Shown here: piece after piece, positions 42,021 to 55,919 of the stretch
Numbering within the stretch: position 1 is the stretch's first letter
Layout of the letters: the number at the start of each line of letters is the position of its first letter
NCBI RefSeq assembly: GCF_009914755.1
Contig: NC_060944.1
Source: the human T2T-CHM13v2.0 reference genome, Homo sapiens
Reading direction: 5' to 3' (one strand)
DNA: 64,000 nucleotides
The notes under the pieces: model-generated
What the model was told of the DNA's origin: nothing
Database searches by the model: none
What the model saw: the letters and a program-made list of their open reading frames with translations, nothing else
Translations under genes and position numbers: made by a program

Positions 42021-42254
42021 ACCAAATCTGACTGCAAAAGCCCTCAGATTTCATGCCCTTGAGTTTGTGGGTGAGCTGACTGTTCAGGAGAATCAAGACA
42101 ATCTTATTCCAGGTGGTGATTCGGGAATCCAGTCTGCCTGCACCTTTATCTTTGCCATTTTATCATCCATCATGTAGGAAAAGAGAAGAGAGAGCCAGAA
42201 TGTCTCTCAGTGGACTTTACTGTTTGCATTGAACAATGTCTGGGGTTGTCCCGT

Positions 42255-42753
42255 GATCCCTGCCTCCAGGCTTCACAATTCTTCCCCCTTGAGTGTGGGA
42301 GAGCCGGGGACTTGCTTCTAACCATTAGAACACGGCAAAGGTGAGGAAATGTACATTGTTTCGTGTCATTACATTTCATAAGATGTTGAAACTGCCTTGC
42401 TAGAAGACTCTCTGGCTTAGAAGAGGTAAGCTCCCATATCACAAGCTACATATGGAGAGAATTGTACAGCAAGTTGCTGAGGGAGCCTCTAGCTGACAGC
42501 CAGCAAGAAACTGAGGCTCACAGTCTGGCAGCTGGCAAGGAACTGAATGCTGCCAACAACCATGTGAACTTGGAGGAGGATCTTGTCTGGGCTTTTCAAG
42601 CTAGCACGTTGATTACAGCCCTGTGACTCTGAAGTGGAGGATCCGGTTAAGCTATGGCCAGAATCCTGAACCCCAGAAACTGTGTGATGATACACGCATA
42701 TTGTTTTCAGCTGCTATGTTTATGGTAATTTGCTGTATAACAATAAATAATCC
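42255..42753 (+). mobile_element. MLT1E/F-like solo LTR
   Basis: cccttgagtgtggg...gacttgcttctaacca...cagccagcaagaaactgagg...gaactgaatgctgccaacaaccatgtga. Confidence 0.8.
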
Positions 42754-42922
42754 ACGCCCTTAGCCCGGAAGTGCCATGCATCCCTATTATTCACATTTCG
42801 CTGACTAGAACTAGACATATGGCCAATTCTTTGCAAGGGAAGTTGGTAGAACAGTATTTCTTGTACCCAGGAAAGAGATAACTGCATATAGGTGGGCACT
42901 AGCAGTATCTACCACAAAAAAA

Positions 42923-43574
42923 GATTCAATAAACTTTTACTGCTTTTTTAACATTCATGTTCTACTGGTGAGATGGGAAATGAATACATTATTAGTGGAG
43001 ATGACTATATAGTAATAAAAAGTGGAATTACATTTGCCATTGACTTTAAAGTTAACTATGTTTATTTTTTACCAGTCTTTATGCACTAGAATGTGAAGTC
43101 TATGTAACTAAGTTTGATATTGCACTTCTATTATCCTTTATTAATTATAGACCCTCACTTAAATAGGTACCTGTGTGAACACATAGTAAGTATTATGATT
43201 TCATTACATGGGTTACTATAATCTAAGAACTTGTACTATGACAAAACTTTTCAATCTCAGGAGTATGATAGAGATGTTTTATCATGACAATTGTAAAAGA
43301 CATAAAAATCTTTATTTTCAAATGAATATCAGATGAGAAAAGAACTATGAGTCGTTAGATCGTCATGATGTCTTTACTTTTTCATAGCCTTGGTGGTGGG
43401 TATCAGTCTATGACTTATCAGGCCTTTCTAGTTTAAGAGACTGCCTTAGGGATGGGTCAAATGTTTAGTGGATTTGAAGACAGGGCTGCCAATGGTAATG
43501 AAGAATGTGATTCAATAAATGTTTACTGCTTTTTTAACATTCATGTTCTACTGGTGAGATGGGAAATTAATACA
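42923..43574. repeat. 66-bp dispersed direct repeat (42923-42988 and 43509-43574)
   Basis: 63 of 66 positions identical by direct comparison; offset 586 bp. Confidence 0.93.
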
Positions 43575-44100
43575 AAATCAATAATAATAACAGCAAAACT
43601 TAGTAAACCGGAGCTGCTCATATAGGGAGAAAAGTAAAAGAACAATGTCATTCTTTGCTAATCTAGAAATAAAATACTATAATTCTCTTGTGTCTGAATT
43701 TTGGCAGTCTGGTTCCTTCTGAACAAAGATTTATTAGCAGTGAGACTTTTGCTATGGAGACCTCATTATGCCTATAAAACATTCTACTGTGGTTTTTCAA
43801 GTAAGATAGAGAGTTGCTTCTTAAGAAATCAGAAATTGGCATTATCTAAAGAAATGAAAAACATCACAGAAATTTTTGACATCTGCATTTCTGAGACTAT
43901 GGGAAATGCCACAACAGAGACAAAGTGGGCGGCGTTCTGAGGATTCTGTGTCACATGGTAGCTCCAAAGGCTATCCCTGGACCAACTAAAAGTTATCCAC
44001 CATCCCACAAACCTCAAGAATGTCCTGACATACATCATGTATCTAAAATTCTCCCTAATTTTTTATTATTAATTTATTTTTCAAAATTTAACAAAACTCT

Positions 44101-44667
44101 TTCTGAAATTGACTAAAATTTATACTAAGTTGACATGCCACATTCATAATCACACTGTGTATATTTACAACTTGGACATTAGGTTTGCCCATGTAGAAAA
44201 TCAGGGAGACCTCGATCTCTTTCTTGGAAGATCTGGGGGGACTGCTAAGTATATCAGTGCTTTATTGTCACTCAAGTGAACTGCAGCATAGCCATCCCCT
44301 CTACAACAAGACCTGAAGTCAATATTGCCTACAGGTGAAACCAACTAGCCCTGTGTTAGAGGAGGAAATGTCATGATGAGATGATGTCTCCGAGCCTATG
44401 CAGTTCACCTGCCAAGGAAAAGCCCAAGGTGCTATGTATTCTTCTCTTTAGGATTTAGGATTATCATTTATGTGCTGTTACACAGTGAAACCTTGCTTGT
44501 GTGTATGTGAAAGCTGGTTGGCATTGTTTTCAATTCAGTTTTTGGATGGCTAACTTGATTGTTTTTACTGTGCTGCTGGAATGCCTCTGTATCTTTCCGC
44601 CTCTTTGCCTATCTTTTCTAAAATTATAGCGATGAATACTTTAGCCAAAAAAAACAAAAAGCAAAAA
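44101..44667 (+). pseudogene. Probable processed retrocopy of an mRNA 3' end (parent not identified)
   Basis: Non-repeat, 3'UTR-like sequence ending in a degenerate poly(A) signal (gatgaa), then an A-rich tail aaaaaaaacaaaaagcaaaaa; candidate TSD aaaactct at 44093-44100 and 44664-44671. Confidence 0.45.
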
Positions 44668-44864
44668 CTCTCAGATGAGAGTCAGAATTTTAAACATTAT
44701 AAACTAATGGAGAATTGAAGTGTATAGAGTCAATGTATTTGACCTCTTACTTTTTAAATGTTTAATCATATTTAATTTTAACTACATAAGTAGTAAATGC
44801 TAATGCTGAGCCACAATGCAACACTCTCACTATATTCAAATTTAAAGTTTTGTGCTTCTGGAGC

Positions 44865-45205
44865 CCTATTTAATAAATCTTTTGCATAACAAATGATCAT
44901 AAAGATCATTTGGGCATATAGTAACTTCTGGAAACTTCATTAATTTATCTTTTATATTTAGATCTATAATCCACCTGTAATTGTGAATCTTATATGATGT
45001 CTTCAATCTTCTGGTGTCACCTTTGCTATAGTAAGTGACTCTCTTTCTGAACATTTTGTTCTATTCAAGTAAAATACTTATTTGCTCTCGTGCCAATATG
45101 ACACTGTTTTACTATTTATAGCTTTATTATATGTCTTGATAGCTAATAGTGTAAATCATCCAGGTTTCTCCTTCTTGTTAAAGATTGCTGTGGGTATTTT
45201 TGGTT
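44865..45205 (-). mobile_element. L1ME fragment (appears to resume at about 55580)
   Basis: atttagatctataatccacctg...tatagctttattatatgtcttgata...aagattgctgtgggtatt. Confidence 0.6.
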
Positions 45206-45289
45206 TATAGTCAATTTAATTTGTGGCTTATAGTTGATTTAATTACTTGTCTTCCTTCTTTTGTAGTAGTACTATACAGCTATATATTT

Positions 45290-45595
45290 ACCATAGCCAG
45301 ATGCCTGCCAGGTATATTCTCCTTGACTTTGGCTTGACTGTTGACTTGATTTTATTGATAGAACATTGGCAGATATGAGATGAGCAAAGGCTTCAGACAT
45401 GCTTGTTTAGTTGGCTTCTTTCTCTTGTGTTCCTGACATTGCCATGAGAAGAGCATATGCTGGGTAACCAGGGCTCCAAATGAGCCAGATTGATCCAAGC
45501 TGCCCCAGCTGACTTGCAAACCTGAAACTAAAGCAGAATCATCTCAGCCAACCTTCAGACCTTCCAGTAGGAGAGCAAATGCATGCTCATTGTTA
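45290..45595 (+). mobile_element. MLT1 LTR; its 3' tip is displaced to about 55467-55534
   Basis: ttgccatgagaagagcat...cccagctgacttgca...; terminal ttttaagcctctga...atgcagca...aactagttgacaca near 55.5 kb. Confidence 0.6.
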
Positions 45596-46381
45596 AAAAA
45601 TATGTTTACTCCTAGCTTTATTTATTTTTAAATAAATTTTATTTCAAAATAGTTTTAGATTTACAGAAAATAAAAATGGATCTAGAAACATTTATAGAGA
45701 GTTCCTAAATACCCGGTTTCCACTATTACTAATACCTTACATGACTATGGTAGACACTGGAGTAAGACCTAAAAACACCAAAGAATCTCCTACTTGAAAC
45801 AAAGATATATGATCTGTAATTAAGGCTTTTTGATTTTTCACCCCAGTTTTCTTTATTTTCTCTGCTAAATACATTTTCACCACTTTAGAATTGTTTGGAT
45901 TTTTTTTTTTTTTATTTTAGAATAGTTTTAGATTTACAAAGTTAGTAGAGTCCCCATGTACTCCATACTCAGGTTCTCCTATTATTAATATTTTATGTTA
46001 ATATGATACACTTTTTATAACTAATGAGTCAATAATGATACGATATTATTAACCAAAGTCTGTATTTTATTTAGATTTCCTCAATTCTTATCTGGTGTCT
46101 TATTTATATTCCTGGATCCCATCCAGAATACCACTTTACATTTAGTCTTCATGTCTCCTTGGCTGCTTTTGGCTGTGAATTTTTCAAACTTTCCTTTTTT
46201 TTGATCATCTTGACCATTTTGAGCAGTATTGCTGAAGCACTGAGTAGTACTGCTGAGGTAGAACATCTCTTTTAAGAGTTTCTGTGATGTTTTCCTAATG
46301 ATTAAACTGGGGTTATGGGTTTTGGGGAGGATGAAAATAGAGAAATAAAGTCCCCTTCTCATTACATCATATCAAAAATAT

Positions 46382-47225
<844 letters not shown>

Positions 47226-47301
47226 TATATCATCAACCTGAGTTATCAGTGTAGATGTTAACCTTGATGACCTGCCTGTGGCAATGTTTATCAGGTGTCT
47301 C

Positions 47302-47923
47302 TGACATAGGAGTTAAAAAGAAATTATTTAGGCAGATACTGACGGTAAAGAAGTCCTCAGTAAGGTTTTCTTTTTAATGAAAAGCAGCCCCCAAATCTTC
47401 TTCTTTTCTAACAAAGAGCAGTTTGTAAAACTGAGCTGCAGACACAAAAACGCAAGCTGGAAGCTTGTATGGGTGAATGCTGGCAGCTGTGCCAATAAGG
47501 AAAGGCTACCTGGGGCTAGGCGTATTCAAAATGGCGGCTCCACCTTCCCCTTTCCTTGCAAACCACACAACATGGCCCCAGGCCACGCAAAGACTCCATT
47601 TGCATAATAAGATTCCAGTAGGGCAACCAGTTTCCTCATGCGCTATGTAAATGTCACACCTGGTCCAACCAATCTTTGGATCCTATGTAAATCAGACACC
47701 GCCTCCTCAAGCCTGTCTATAAAACCCGGTGCATTCCACTGCTAGACGGAAGTCCCATTGGGGCGCCCCTGTCGCTTAGCAGCAGAAAAAGCTGCTCTCT
47801 TTTCGCTTTCTTTTTTCTATTAATCCTTCGCTCCTAAACCCACTTCTTGTGTCCGCATCCTCAATTCCTTTGGTATGAGACAATGAACCCTGGGTGTTTA
47901 CCCTAGACAATGATGCTGCTTCA
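47302..47923 (+). mobile_element. LTR9-like ERV1 solo LTR
   Basis: tgacataggagttaaaaagaaattatttaggcagata...gctgcttca; near-TSD tctc/tttc; retains CCAAT, a TATA-like ctataaaa and a YY1-type caaaatggcggc. Confidence 0.85.
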
Positions 47924-50900
47924 TTTCCATTACAAAGTTACTCTTTATTTCTCTCTAAACTCTTCAGAAGAAAGTCACTATGCACAGCTAATGCTTAAGG
48001 ACTGGTAGTTATACTTCTCCCTAAAGACAGAGAGTAACTACATACATAATTTTTTTTCTGTACAAATTTGTCTATTTTCCCCAATTTATTTACTTATTCA
48101 ATCATTCATTTATTTATATCAGTGTGGACTCATGGTCATTTATTTTATATTTTGGGTTGTAATACAACACTATGTCCTGTATTATGTTCCAGCTTATCTT
48201 TTTCCAGCTTTGGCTATTGAGAGCTCTTTCAGTTAGCTCCTGGGTCCTGGGACAGAGACTTACCATTGCGGAATTTTTTTTTTTTTTTTTTTTTTTTGAG
48301 CACTTTCTCAGTTTATAGAACGGTAAAAATGCAGTTTTCATTACCACTGGGTAAAATTACTTCTAGACCTCTTAAGCTGACAAAGCCTGAAAAACACGTG
48401 TGTACACTAATCTGTGTACTTACAAATATCCATAAATATTTCTATATGTAACCATCATTATTTATATTAAGGTAAATACGACATCATGCCAATGTCTCCA
48501 ACTCTAACCCAATACCACATGGATCATTCCAGACTTCTCCCCTGCTTATCAGTAGCATTCTACTCCCAACAGTCAGAAAAATGCCCCCCACCACCTGACA
48601 TTTATGTACCTAATTTTAAAATTTCAATATACATGTATAGTGGCTATTTAAAAACTGTTAACAGTACCCCCATTAGATGCACACTTATCAACTGAGGTAC
48701 AGTGCTTATATAGAGTGTCTTTTGGTTTTAGTCTTACAGATCCTACTCATTTCCAATCTTAGCTCAGTATCTCTTCTTCACTTCCCTTTAGTGATGTTGT
48801 TTTACATTTGTAGTACAGTTAGATTCTTTTGTCACATTCTGTATTCTGTTTCTGGGGTTTCCTGGCCTCCTAAATAATTTTTTAAGCTAATACGCACTAA
48901 GTTTCACTTTTTGTGCTATAGAGTTCTATAGGTTTTTTGACGAATGGATAGATTCATGTATTTACCAGTACAGAATGATACAAAATACTTTCCCTGCCCT
49001 AAAATTTCCCCCATATCTCCTCCCCTATTGCATCTATTCAACTTTCCCCCTGCCTCTGAAAGCCCTAGATCTCTTGACCGTCTCTATCATTTTGCCTTCT
49101 TTAGAATGCCAAAGAAATGGAATCATATACCACAGAGACTTTTCAGACCAGCTTAATCACTGAACAACATGCATTTAAGACTCATTCATGTCTTTTTGTG
49201 GCTCAGTCCTTTTTATCACTGAATAAAATTCTATTGAATGGATGTCCACAATTTGTTTATCCACTACCCTGTTAGATGACATTTTGGTTGCTTTCAGTTT
49301 TTGATGATTATCAATAAAGCTGCTATAAATATTCATGTCCAGATTTTTTAAGGGTTTAGTGTTCAAAGCAGTCAGTTAAATACCTAGAAGTGTCACTGCT
49401 GGATCCTATGGTAAGGCTATGGCTAACTTAGTAAGAAATTGCCAACTGCCTTCTAAAGTGACTACATCAATAATGAATGATAGTTCCTGTTGCTCTATAT
49501 CCTCATCAGCATTTGATATTGTCAGTGTTTTGGATTTTGGCCATTTCATTCATCATGTGTATAGTTGTATCTAATGTTGGTTTAATTTACAAATCCCTAA
49601 TGGCAAATGATGTTAAGCATTTTTTCAAGTGATTATTTTCAATATGTAAGTCTTCTTTAGTGAAGTATCTTTTCAGATATTTTGCCAGTTTTTAATTGGA
49701 TTATTTCTTACCTTATTGTATTTTAGGAGTTTGATGTACATTTTAGATGCATATTCTTTATAACATATGTGTTTAACAAATATTAATATTTTCTTCTAGC
49801 TTCTGTCTTGTATTTTTATCCCCTTAACATCTTTCCAGAGCATAAGTTGTTGGGTTTTGTTTGTTTGTTTGTTTGTTTTTTGACAGAGTCCAATTACTGT
49901 AGTTTTATGGAAAGTCTTGAAATTAGGTAGCATCAGTCCAATAACTTGTTTTGCTTCTTCAGGTTTGTATTGGCCATTCTATGTCTTTTGCCTTTACATG
50001 TAAACTTCAGATCATTTTGTCAATACCTACAAAACAGCTACCTGAGATTTTGATTGGGATAACTGGGTTGAAACTATAGATAAAGTTGAGAAGAATTTAT
50101 CTCTACAGTATATATAATCTATGAACGTGGACTATCTCGCTATAATTATATTTTTTATTTTCTTCACCATCAATTTGTAGTTTTCTACACCCAGTTCCTG
50201 TTATGTTTTGTTAGCTATATACTAAATATTTCTCTCTCTTCATATTATTTTAAATAATATCTTTAAATACCATTTTAAATTTCCAATTCCATCTGTTCAT
50301 TCTGGGTATATAAGAAAGCAATTGGCGTTTGCATGTTGATATTGTACTTTACAGTTTTGCTCTATTCACTCATTAGTTTCTGGAAGTTTTTGGTAGAAAT
50401 TTTGAAATTTTTGAGATTTACAATCATGCCTTATGTGAATAAAGACTGTTTTATTTGTTGCTTTTCTTTAATTTCTCTGTTATTATTCTTTAATTTTCTA
50501 TTATTGTACTAGTTAGGGATTCCAGTACAATGGAAATATGAGTGGTAAGAGAGGACATCTATCTTTCATTCTCAGTTTTAGAAAAAAAAGTAGCTAGTCT
50601 CTCATCATTAAGTAAGATGCTAGGTATGGGATTTTTGTGGATGTTTTCAAATTAGGTTTCAGAAAGCACCCTTTTTTATTAATTTTATGAGAGTTTTTAA
50701 AATATTATGAATGGGTATTGGATTTTGTAAAAAGCTTTCCTGGTATCAATTAATCTAGCATATATTTTTTTCTTCTTTAGCATGTTTATATAGTTGAATA
50801 AATTGATTTGTTTTCAAATGTTGAACCAGCCTTACATACTTGAAATAATCCCATTTAATCATTCTGTATAATTATCTTTATACATTGTTAGAAAACTTTG

Positions 50901-51656
50901 CTAATGTTTTGCTGAAGAATTTTGCATCAAAGTTCATGAAAGATGTTGTTCTGCAGTTTTTCTATATCATAATGTCTGTGTCTTGTTTTAGTTTCAGGGT
51001 AATACTTCTATAATAGAATGAGTTAGGAAGTGTTTCTGCTGCTTCTATTTTTAGAAGTAATTGTGGAGAATTCATATTATATTTTCCTTAAATGTTTTGT
51101 AGAATTCACCAGTGAAACCATCTAGGCCTGGTCCTTTTATTTTTTTGAAAATTACTAATTCTTGATTTGATTTATTTTAATATCTATAGGCTATTTGGGT
51201 TATTTCTCCTGTACATTTTGGTAGATTGTATCCTTGAAGGAATTGTTTCATTACATATAAGTTATTAAAAGTGTGAAACAAAATTATTCAAATATTCCTC
51301 TTTTTCTCTCTTTAATACCTATGAGATTAGTAGGGCTGGCACCTATTTTATTTATTGTATTGGTAATTTACGTCTCTCCTTCTTTTTATTTGTTAGCCTG
51401 GCTAGAGGTTTATCCATTTAATTGATCTTTTCAAAGAAGCAGCTTTTGGTTTTGTTCAGTTTTGCTATTTTTTTGTTTCCAATTTCATTGATTTCTGTCC
51501 TATTATTATTTATTTCCTTCTGTTTGCTTAGGCTTATATTTCTTTAGTTCTCTAGTTTTACAAGGTAAATTAGGTTATTAATTTTTAGGTTTTTTTCTAG
51601 TATTTGAATTTTATGCTATAAATTTTCCTCTTAGCATTACTGTTGCTGCATCTCAT

Positions 51657-52100
51657 ATTTTTTTTCAACTTTTATTTTAGATTCAGGGGGTACCTCTGCA
51701 GGTTTGTTAATTGGGTATATTGTGTGATGCTGAGAGTTAATGATCCCATCACCCAGGTACTGAGCATACTACTCAATAGTTGTCCCCCTCCATGCTCCCT
51801 CCCTCTAGTAGTCCCCAGTTTCTATTGTTGCCATCTTTGTATCCATGAATACCCAATTTTGCCTCCCACTTAGGAATAAGAACATAAAATATTTGGTTTT
51901 CTGTTTCTGTATTAATTTACTTAGGATAATGGCCTCCAGCTGCATCCATGATGCTGCAAAGGAAATGATTTCATTCTTTTCATGGCTGCATAGTATGGAA
52001 TACTAAGTATTCCATAAAAATGTGGTGCATATATACCATATTTTCTTTATGCAGTCCACCATTGATGGGCACCTAGGTTGAATCCATGTCTTTATTATTG
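51657..52100 (-). mobile_element. 5'-truncated L1PA15/16-like 3' end
   Basis: caacttttattttagattcagggggtac...ggcctccagctgcatccatg...gggcacctaggttga. Confidence 0.85.
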
Positions 52101-53785
52101 CATCCCACAAATTTTGGTGAACTGCATCTTCATTTTCATTTAGTTCAAATTTTTTAAGTATTTTTTTTTTAGTTTTCTTATTTGAACATGGGTAATTTAG
52201 AATTCTTTTAATTTCCTAATAATGTAGATTTTCCAGCTATCTTTCTATTATTGATTTCTAGTTTAATTCCATTATGGTCTGGAATCATACTTTGTATAAT
52301 CTATATTTGTTCAATTTATTACGATGTAATTTATGGCTTAGAATGTAATCTATCTTGATGAATGTTCCATGTGAGCTTCAGAAGAATGTATGTTCTGACA
52401 TCCATATTTACAGTATTCTATTCATTTCAATTAGATCAAGTTGCTCAATAGTGCTATTCAGATCAATTATATCCTTACTAATTTTCTGCCTCCTTGATCT
52501 AACAATTACTGAAAAAGGCATGCTAAGGTTTTTAACTATTATAGTGACTATTCTATTTCACCTTTATTTCTATCAGTTTTTGTCTCATATGTTTTGATAT
52601 TCTGTTTGTAGGTGCATATATGTTTAGAACTGCTGTCTTTTTGGAGCATGGACCCTTTATCATTATACAATGTTCTTCTTTATCCTTCATGATCTTCCTT
52701 GTTCTGAAATCAGTTTTGTCTAAATTTAATATAGCTGCTCCAAATTTCTTTTGATTAGGTTTAACATAGTATATATTTTTTCATCTCTTTACACTTAATG
52801 AAATGTTTATATTTAAAGTAGATTTCTTGTAGACAACATAGAGTTGTGTCTCTAGTGTTAAAACCTACTCTGGAAATCACTATTTTCAGTAGACTTTTTA
52901 GACCATCCACATTTAAAGTGATTATTGATATAGTCATAATAATATTTGCCATATTTGTGACTGTTTTCGATATCTTGCAATTGTACTTAGTTTATTTTGT
53001 TTTTTAAATCTTCCTCTCTTTTTCTGCCCTCTATGGTTTTAGTTGAGCATTTCATGTGAGTTCATTTTATCTCCTTTCTAACTATATCATCATGGTTTCT
53101 TAAAAGCATGTAGTCTTGACTTATGCACTTATGTTCTGATATTAATTCACCTTCAAATAATGCCACACCACTTCACATATAGTGAGGTTATCTTATCCAG
53201 GGTTTTTTCAGTTCTTCCTTCTTACCCTTTGTGATATTGCTGTCATCTGTGTTGCTGCTCCATATATTACAATTATCTAATAAACTGCTGCTATTATTGC
53301 TTTAAAGAAATGGTTATCTTTTAAATAAATGAAGAATAAGAAAAATAAAATATCTTTCTTTACCATTATTTATTTCTTCTCCAGTGCTCTTCCTTTATGT
53401 ATAGCAAATTTTCAGACCTATAATATTTTTCTTCTAACTGAAGAATTTTTTAGCATTTCTTGCAAGTCAGGCCTGCTAGTGATTAATTCTCTCAGTATTT
53501 TTTGTCTGATAAAGTCAATATCCCTCATTTTTGAAACATAGCTTTACTAGATATAGAGTTCCAGATTAATGTTTGCTTTTTTTAATCACTTTAATTAATT
53601 TATTTTAAATTAATTAAATTTAAAATTTAATTAATTTTAATTCTTGCTTTCATGGTTTCTGGTGAGAAGTCTGCTGTAATTTTAACCTTTTTCTCTATAG
53701 ATAAGGTGATTTTTTTCTCCCTCTGACGTCTTTCAGAATTTTTTGTCTTTGGTTGTCTGCAGTTTATGATATAATATGCTTAGAG

Positions 53786-53786
<1 letters not shown>

Positions 53787-53825
<39 letters not shown>
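53787..53825. repeat. (GT)n microsatellite
   Basis: About 19 GT units read directly. Confidence 0.95.
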
Positions 53826-53828
<3 letters not shown>

Positions 53829-55919
53829 ATATTTGTGCTGCTTGGTGTTCTCTGAGCTTCCTTGATGTACCATTTAGTATCTTTTATTAGTTATAGAAAA
53901 TTTTGGTCATTATTACTTCACATATTTTTTCTGCTTCATTCTATCTTAATTTCCATTGGGGTATCCAAATTACGTGAGTATTATATCACTTGAAATTGTC
54001 CCACACTTCCTGGATATTCTGTTTTGTCTTTTTCATTCTTTTTGCATTGCAGTTTGGAAAGTTTCTATTGGACTATCTTCAAGCTTACTTACTCTACCCT
54101 CAGCCATGTTAAATCTACTGATCCAGCCATCAAAAGTTTTCTGCATTTCTCTTACAGTGCTTCTAATTAGATTCTTTTTAAGAGTTTCCATCTCTCTGCT
54201 TATATTACCTATCTCTTCCTGCATGTTGTCTCCTTTGTCCATTAGCGGCCTTAGCCTATTAATTATAATTACTTTGAATTTCAGGTCTGATAATTCCAGG
54301 ATTATCTGATTCATATCCGAATCTGGTTGTGATGATTGCTTCATTGCTGCCTCTCTTCAGAATGTTTCATTTTGTTTTTTATCTGTTTACTTATTAGCAG
54401 GTCTTGAAATTTTTTGATGAAAGTTGGACGTACTGTATTAGGTAATAGAGAAATGGACTGTTAGTGAGGGCATTTATGTTAATCTGCACAGGGGTTTGGC
54501 TTTGTTAAGTGCTTGCTGTAGCTATAGGTGCCAGAGTCACAACATTTCTGTAATGTCCTTGTTTTGTTCTCTTTTGATATTTGATTTTCATAATTACTTT
54601 TCCTCAAAGAAGAGTAATTGTAGCTTTTCTAGTTATAATTCACTGTTACACTTTGAGCCCTGTAGATGCAGTGGTAAAATTTGAGAGGTGGGAAGCATCC
54701 TATAGTCTTCCCATTAAGTCTCAGTCTTTTAGTGGGTCTGTGTCTCAGGACTGTGAGTTTCACGAATTTTCCTATAGTGCTACAGCTTTCCCCTACATCC
54801 CTACCACAGTTCTTGGCTGAAGTGTTCCCAGTTTATCTCCTTAAAGCCAATTACCTCCCTCTTAACTGTGTGAACTTTTTCCCCTTAGGTGAGACAGAAA
54901 AACTGGTGGCACCAAGATCAAGCCTTTTCCTCAGCTGAGACAAAACTGTGACAGTTTTCTCTCCTGGAGAGTAAGGCTTTGATATGAAGGAGGCTTTCAC
55001 TATTACACATTTGCTCCTTTACCAGAACCATGAGAGTCAATATTTTCGGATTCTCACTGCGAGAAACTGGTGGGGTTCTCCTGAAGGTAAAGCCTAGAAA
55101 GTGTGACTCTCCTCCTCCCCACACCTTTACCCACCAAGACCGTCCCTCACAGTAGTTTCTCAAATTCATTCTAGTCCATACTCAGCCTCCAGCAATTCAT
55201 CAAAATTGCCATTTAAATGTTCCTACCAGTTTATGACTGCAGTAGATACTGCTCTAGGTAAATAGATGTCTGCTATGACTCTCTCTAGGTGCCCCTTTCT
55301 CTCCAGATTCCAGGGTGTTGGTTTTCCCTGAAATCTCAGTTCTCTGATGTGTCCAGGAAAAGTCACAAATTTTCAGTTTATCCAATTCTTTCTTATGATA
55401 AGGATAGGAATTATGACCTCTAAACTCTTTATTTGATAGAGTTAAAACAAGAGAAGTGCTCGCTCTTTTAAGCCTCTGAATTTTTGGATAATTTTATATG
55501 CAGCAATTTTATAGAAATAACTAGTTGACACATTTAATCACATACTGTATGTGTGTGCGTGCACTTATGCACACACACACGATTTTGATTGAGATTACAT
55601 TGAGTTCAAAGATCTTTTGAAGGGAGTTGACATCTTTACAATATTATTTGTTCTGATTAAATGTATGGACATAGTACATCTTCAATTTATTTCTTAAATT
55701 ATGCACTGTAGTTTGCTGGGTAGAATTCTGAAACATTTTTTAATCATAATTTGACTTCTTTTGATATCATAAATAGCATATTAAAATATTTTCTATTTGT
55801 TCATGGTATATATAATAAAAATATATATTTATTTATATATAAAAATGTATAATATAAATAAAATTTAAAATGTATACATGAAAATTGCTTTTTACATTTT
55901 TTTAATTTTGGTGTAATTC

